From positions 159 through 64,158 of the forward strand of contig CAJMBK010000007.1 of assembly GCA_905211645.1 (NCBI GenBank): a stretch of DNA of 64,000 nucleotides, in the 5' to 3' direction. How positions within the stretch are numbered: position 1 is the stretch's first letter; each line of letters begins with the position of its first letter. This document shows positions 59,862-64,000 of this stretch, in pieces. This stretch comes from an uncultured Bacillales bacterium (lineage in GTDB: Bacteria; Bacillota_I; Bacilli_A; RFN20; CAG-288). The translations under genes and the position numbers were made by a program. The notes beneath the pieces are model-generated. The model was not told the DNA's origin, searched no databases, and saw nothing but the letters and a program-made list of their open reading frames with translations.

Positions 59862-62800
59862 TTAGTTATTTTCATCCTTATTTTCATTGACTAAATCAGC
59901 GAAAACGGATGTAATCTTTGTCTCAGGTTTTGTCATATCCTTGTAGACATCGATGTAGGATCTGGAACCCTTCTTTTCATCATGGATTGCAACAAGGATG
60001 AGGTCAACGTAGTTAACAAGGTCACGTAATTTTTCACTAGGTGTGGATAAGATTGCTTGTAAACCGAATTGCTTGAGAAGTAAGCAAGCTTGGTTGATTC
60101 TTCCTGCGTCCATCTTGGAGAAGGCTTCGTCGAAGATGACCAAACGGATGGTATCGTTATTATTTGCTTGGCTAACACGGTAGAGTTGAGCAAATGAAGC
60201 TAAGATTGAGATGTAGAAAGGTGTTTGAGATTCACCACCTGATGTTGATTTGAAGGTGTAAGCTAAGGATGTAGTTTCACCGGTATCACCTTTTTTAACT
60301 AACAAGTCGAAGACAAGGTATGTTGTGTAATCGGTGAACTTATCGATATTCTTCATGATGATTTCTTTTTCGTCACGGTTTGTTGCACCGGTGTCTGAAA
60401 TCATGTTGAAGAGTTCTTCCATCTTATCACGGTATTTCTCTAAGTATTCATCTTCAGCATCACCAATCTTCAAAAGTAAGTCATCCATGATCATGTCGTA
60501 GTAATCACCGAATGCTCTGTTAGGAACAACTGAAAATTCGTATGAGTCACGACCGAAGTGACAATCTTTCAAAGCCAAATTCAAATCATCGATTTGAGAT
60601 TTAACAGTGGTGATTGAGTTTCTTAACTTGTAGATAAAGTCATCTCTGAACTCTTTGATAGCCTTGGAGTGAGCAGTTTGGATCTTCTGTTGATAGTCAG
60701 GAAGTTTGACATCAGAGAGTTCCAAGAGTTCCTTATCGAAATCTTCATTGGAAGTTTCGTTGGTGACATCGTAGCTGACACTGTACTTAGTGTTGTAATT
60801 TGCTCTGGCCTGTAAAAGTTGACTTCTTGCGGATTGAAGCTTGATAGCAACTTGTCTGTTTCTCTTGGAGATTTCAGTTGCAAGTTTATCGATACCGAAT
60901 TCGGAACAAATCTTTTGGAACTCAGGTTCGAAGATATTATCAACATCTTCTTTCTTGTAGTCGTGTTCGAGTTTGTAACGAACTCTTTCAAGATCATCTT
61001 TGATCTTAGGATATTCAACTTCTCTCAAGTTTCTGATGTTGTTGTAAGCAGCACCTTTTTCAAGGAGTAAGGCTTCGTTTTGCTTTTGCAAATCGGTGAT
61101 ATCCTTTTCAAAGTTGCTAATTTGTTCATCCAAAGCGGAAACATCGGAGAGATTACCTTCATGAAGTTGGTTATCCAAACTTTCGACTCTTCTTTCCAAA
61201 TCTTCAACTTTAGCAAAGTTAGCAATCTTTTCAAGGATTGAATTTGCTTCGTAATCGGAAATAACTTGATTGGTGACGATATTTTGAATGAGTTCGGCAA
61301 TATCGTTTAAAATTGAGACTTCCTTTTCAAGTTTATTACGTTCTTGATGGTAGGAGAATTGAGTCTTTTCATCGATCTTAGTACCCAAGAAGGTGTAGTC
61401 ACCTTTTCTCTTATCGAGGTACCATGATGAGAAGTTTCTATAACCGGTGCAGTTTGCTAAAAGACCGAAACCAGCTTCACGAGCTTCTTCGAAGGTATCA
61501 CACTTTTTGATTCTTCCGAGTAAGAAGTCGGTGTAGGCTCTTGCACCAGCGTGATCAGTTTTAATAAGTTTTGCAACTGAGTCTGGATTTGATGGAGGAT
61601 TGGATTTGACAATCTTCTCACTATCGATAATTGCGATGGAGTAGAAGTTGTAGTTTTCACAGATTCTACCTAACAATTTTGAAGCTTCGTTGTAGTATTT
61701 TTCGTTGACGAAGAGATTCAATCTTTGTGGTGAGATTGCACATTCGATAGCTCTTGTCCAGGCTTTATCGGTAATATCGACTAAGTCGCAGTAGATTTGG
61801 ACTTTAGCGTCATGATATCTATCTTTAAGTTGTCTCTCAAAGTCATCTTTAACTTGAGTGTAGATTTGAGGGAAAACCTTTTGACCACCGGAAAGGGTAG
61901 CGATGGAATTTTCGATCTCATTCATCTCATTCGCTTTTTCAGAAATGAAATTACGGATGATAGAAGTGATGTTAGTACCGTCATTTCTTAAAGTTTCCAT
62001 CTCTTCTTTGTAGGATAAAAGTGTATCTTCAGTGATGCATTTTGAAGCGATGTAGCTAGCAATTTGCTTGGAGTGAGCAAGGAATTGTTGACAGTTGGAA
62101 ACAAATTCGATGTATGAGTTATGCAAGGATGCATTAACAGAGGAGAAGTCATAATTTGCATACTTGTTGATGAAGTTTGTGAGTGGGGTGATGTAATTAT
62201 CAACATATCTTTGCAAAGAATCATAAGCATCTTGATAATCTCTGGTGTAAATAACGATGGTATTTGTTAATTGATTCTTACTTGTGTTGAGTTTTTCAGT
62301 TAAAGAATAACCGGATGATTGAAGTTTCTTAGCAAGGTAACCTTCCTTTTGACTTTGCAAATCTTGGATTGTTGCTAAGTTATTTTCGTAGATTCTATCG
62401 TTATTCTTGATCTTATTATCGTTTGCACGAATTTGATCGTCGATTTGATTCAAAGTCTTATTCAATCTTTCGAAGTCGACTCTATCATTGATGTAAGTAA
62501 AACTTGATAAAGAGTTCTTCAAAGAGGTGAATTCTTGATATTTTTGACCGATATCAGTCAATTCTTCAATTTGAGTTTGAATCTTCTTAGCGGCGATTTC
62601 AAGAAGTTTATAGTTTTCGATATTCTTCTGCATGGAAGTGATATCGATCTTATTTTCAACGTCGCAGACGAATTCAGTGATGAATTGAGAGATGTTGGAA
62701 ATTGGTTTAAAACCGACTGCTTTCTTGAACAAATTGAAGTATTTTGTAGGTAATTGACCGAATAATTCCTTGATGAATTGTTGATATGAAAGGTTTGTAT

Positions 62801-63323
62801 CAAAGAATTTGTAGTCATCTTTATCGTAAGTTCTCTTGCAGTAATCAGAGAGCTCTCTAATTGTTAAAGGTCTAACAATCTGTTGAGCATCAGTTAAATC
62901 TGCATTTGTGAAGTTGTGCTCTGGGAACTTATCGTTGATATAGAAGAATGATTGGCTCTTTTCAGTATCGATGACATCGAAAACGATACCGACAGTGAAG
63001 TGCTTATCGGTTTTATCATCGTAGAATTGACAGGCGATGTAGGAGGAGAAACGACCGCTTCTTAAGCAGATTTCTTCACCGTTTGCCTTTTTACCAGTTT
63101 CACAACGGAGATAACCCATAAGGGTTCTGGATGATTTTTCACTAGCAGCTTTATTGAAGTTATTACCGGTTGTATCACCTAAGAAGATGATTTGTAAAGC
63201 ATCGATAATAGTTGATTTACCAGTACCGTTTGCACCGGTTAAGAAGGTGATATTTTCAATATTTGTTGTGGTATTTGTGAATAAATGCCAGTTGATTAAA
63301 CGTAATTTTTCTAATTTTTTCAT
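59862..63323 (-). CDS. mksB: SMC-like ATPase of the MksB/JetC (MukB-like) type
   Basis: 1153 aa. N-terminal head LINWHLF...FLTGANGTGKST (Walker A), about 800 aa of heptad-like E/K/L/N/Q-rich sequence, then a C-terminal head with TSGGESQ (signature) and RLVIFDEAFSKMD (Walker B). Preceded at 12 nt by an MksE/JetB-like gene. Confidence 0.75.
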   Translation of the reverse strand: MKKLEKLRLINWHLFTNTTTNIENITFLTGANGTGKSTIIDALQIIFLGDTTGNNFNKAASEKSSRTLMGYLRCETGKKANGEEICLRSGRFSSYIACQFYDDKTDKHFTVGIVFDVIDTEKSQSFFYINDKFPEHNFTNADLTDAQQIVRPLTIRELSDYCKRTYDKDDYKFFDTNLSYQQFIKELFGQLPTKYFNLFKKAVGFKPISNISQFITEFVCDVENKIDITSMQKNIENYKLLEIAAKKIQTQIEELTDIGQKYQEFTSLKNSLSSFTYINDRVDFERLNKTLNQIDDQIRANDNKIKNNDRIYENNLATIQDLQSQKEGYLAKKLQSSGYSLTEKLNTSKNQLTNTIVIYTRDYQDAYDSLQRYVDNYITPLTNFINKYANYDFSSVNASLHNSYIEFVSNCQQFLAHSKQIASYIASKCITEDTLLSYKEEMETLRNDGTNITSIIRNFISEKANEMNEIENSIATLSGGQKVFPQIYTQVKDDFERQLKDRYHDAKVQIYCDLVDITDKAWTRAIECAISPQRLNLFVNEKYYNEASKLLGRICENYNFYSIAIIDSEKIVKSNPPSNPDSVAKLIKTDHAGARAYTDFLLGRIKKCDTFEEAREAGFGLLANCTGYRNFSSWYLDKRKGDYTFLGTKIDEKTQFSYHQERNKLEKEVSILNDIAELIQNIVTNQVISDYEANSILEKIANFAKVEDLERRVESLDNQLHEGNLSDVSALDEQISNFEKDITDLQKQNEALLLEKGAAYNNIRNLREVEYPKIKDDLERVRYKLEHDYKKEDVDNIFEPEFQKICSEFGIDKLATEISKRNRQVAIKLQSARSQLLQARANYNTKYSVSYDVTNETSNEDFDKELLELSDVKLPDYQQKIQTAHSKAIKEFRDDFIYKLRNSITTVKSQIDDLNLALKDCHFGRDSYEFSVVPNRAFGDYYDMIMDDLLLKIGDAEDEYLEKYRDKMEELFNMISDTGATNRDEKEIIMKNIDKFTDYTTYLVFDLLVKKGDTGETTSLAYTFKSTSGGESQTPFYISILASFAQLYRVSQANNNDTIRLVIFDEAFSKMDAGRINQACLLLKQFGLQAILSTPSEKLRDLVNYVDLILVAIHDEKKGSRSYIDVYKDMTKPETKITSVFADLVNENKDENN

Positions 63324-63335
63324 GTTGATACCGCC

Positions 63336-64000
63336 TTATTCGTTCTCACCGAAGATTCCTTGTAAATCCTCTACTTCGGCATTTTCATCAGTATCGATTT
63401 CTTCAGAGGAAAGTTTATTTCTTAAAAGGTTAACTTTCTCTGGATTGATACAGAACTTGATAGGTGGGAGAATGAAGAATGAGAAGTTGATATCGTAGAA
63501 GTTATGTTCGCACTTTAAAACGATATTGTAGTTGGATAAAAGTCTTAAACTCATTGCTAATTGTTGAAAAGTAATCTTCTTATTAGCAGTGGAAAGACCT
63601 AAATCCTTCAAAGTCATCTTCAAAGTTGAAGAGTTCATAAAGACTCTAGTTTGATTTGGATTTTCAGCAATCTTCTTGTCGTAATAACTTCTTAAAGCGT
63701 AAACAAGTAAAGTTGTTGCTGTATCGATTCTTAAGTGATTCTTATTTTGGAGTGATCTTGTGTAGTAAACACCTAAATTTTCATCAACTTCGAGAGCGAC
63801 ATCCATGTATGAAAGATAGTCTTCAAAGAGTGAGAAGTGTTTCTCGATAAAGGTGTAATCGTAGTTGATTTTATCGGTAGAAGTGTTTCTATCGTAACGC
63901 ATTTTGGTGATGAAACATTGATATAAAAGGTTGTTCAATGTGTTTCTGAAATCACTTTTATCTGCTGAACTCATTTTTTCATATTCTTCAACAAAGTTCA
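63336..64000 (-). CDS. mksE: MksE/JetB-like (DUF4194-type) protein; 5' end possibly beyond the window
   Basis: At least 212 aa with an acidic tail (SSEEIDTDENAEVEDL). The pattern HFSLFEDYLSYMDVALEVDENLGVYY...LRIDTATTLLVYALRSYYD fits DUF4194. The same frame stays open from ATG 63974 to the window edge, so the start is uncertain. Confidence 0.6.
   Translation of the reverse strand, partial: NFVEEYEKMSSADKSDFRNTLNNLLYQCFITKMRYDRNTSTDKINYDYTFIEKHFSLFEDYLSYMDVALEVDENLGVYYTRSLQNKNHLRIDTATTLLVYALRSYYDKKIAENPNQTRVFMNSSTLKMTLKDLGLSTANKKITFQQLAMSLRLLSNYNIVLKCEHNFYDINFSFFILPPIKFCINPEKVNLLRNKLSSEEIDTDENAEVEDLQGIFGENE

Noticed and set aside
63154-63498. 114-aa plus-strand ORF spanning the mksE/mksB junction
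   Set aside because: It is antisense to two well-supported genes and has no SD or recognisable motif.

Overview
AT-rich chromosomal core region of a low-GC Bacillota/Mollicutes-like bacterium. It uses the standard genetic code: ffh and comFC stop at TGA, Trp is TGG, and rpoB/rpoC read through uninterrupted. I count about 50 protein genes and saw no rRNA, tRNA, CRISPR array, transposase or prophage genes. Gene order from the left: a serpin-like 3' gene end; yloV, a YitT-family gene, a DEDDh exonuclease, plsX, rnc, ftsY, a small TM gene, ylxM and ffh on the + strand. These converge on rplS and rpsP-KH-rimM-trmD on the - strand. Next come a frameshifted Ig-like surface lipoprotein gene (-), rplK-rplA-rplJ-rplL-rpoB-rpoC (+), a PfkB-like gene (-), a membrane protein and a long ftsH. 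Then comFA-comFC, a yutG/pgpA-like gene, a membrane protein, a HAD hydrolase, an acyl-ACP thioesterase and a small TM protein. Then oppABCDF with an oversized OppA and a 938-aa OppD, a 1239-aa acidic repeat membrane protein, rmuC (-), a membrane-anchored Ntn hydrolase, and GH31 plus a Gfo/Idh/MocA oxidoreductase. The right end carries glgC-glgD-glgA (-), a membrane protein (-), and an MksE/JetB-like plus MksB/JetC-like SMC pair (-) that runs off the right edge. Five observations stand out. (1) A G8/C8 homopolymer sits inside the signal-peptide coding region of the lipoprotein gene and splits an SD-led lipoprotein leader from its 586-aa body; one extra base restores the frame, so this is a phase-variation candidate or a homopolymer assembly error. 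(2) The Mks/Wadjet-type SMC locus ends in a terminator with no JetD-type nuclease gene. (3) The conserved rnc-smc-ftsY junction has no smc here. (4) OppD carries an insertion of about 550 aa between the Walker A region and the Q-loop. (5) The acidic protein has a duplicated TM module and a reiterated NP-hydrophobic-hydrophobic-x-Q motif. All product calls rest on motif and architecture recognition by eye; no database search was run.
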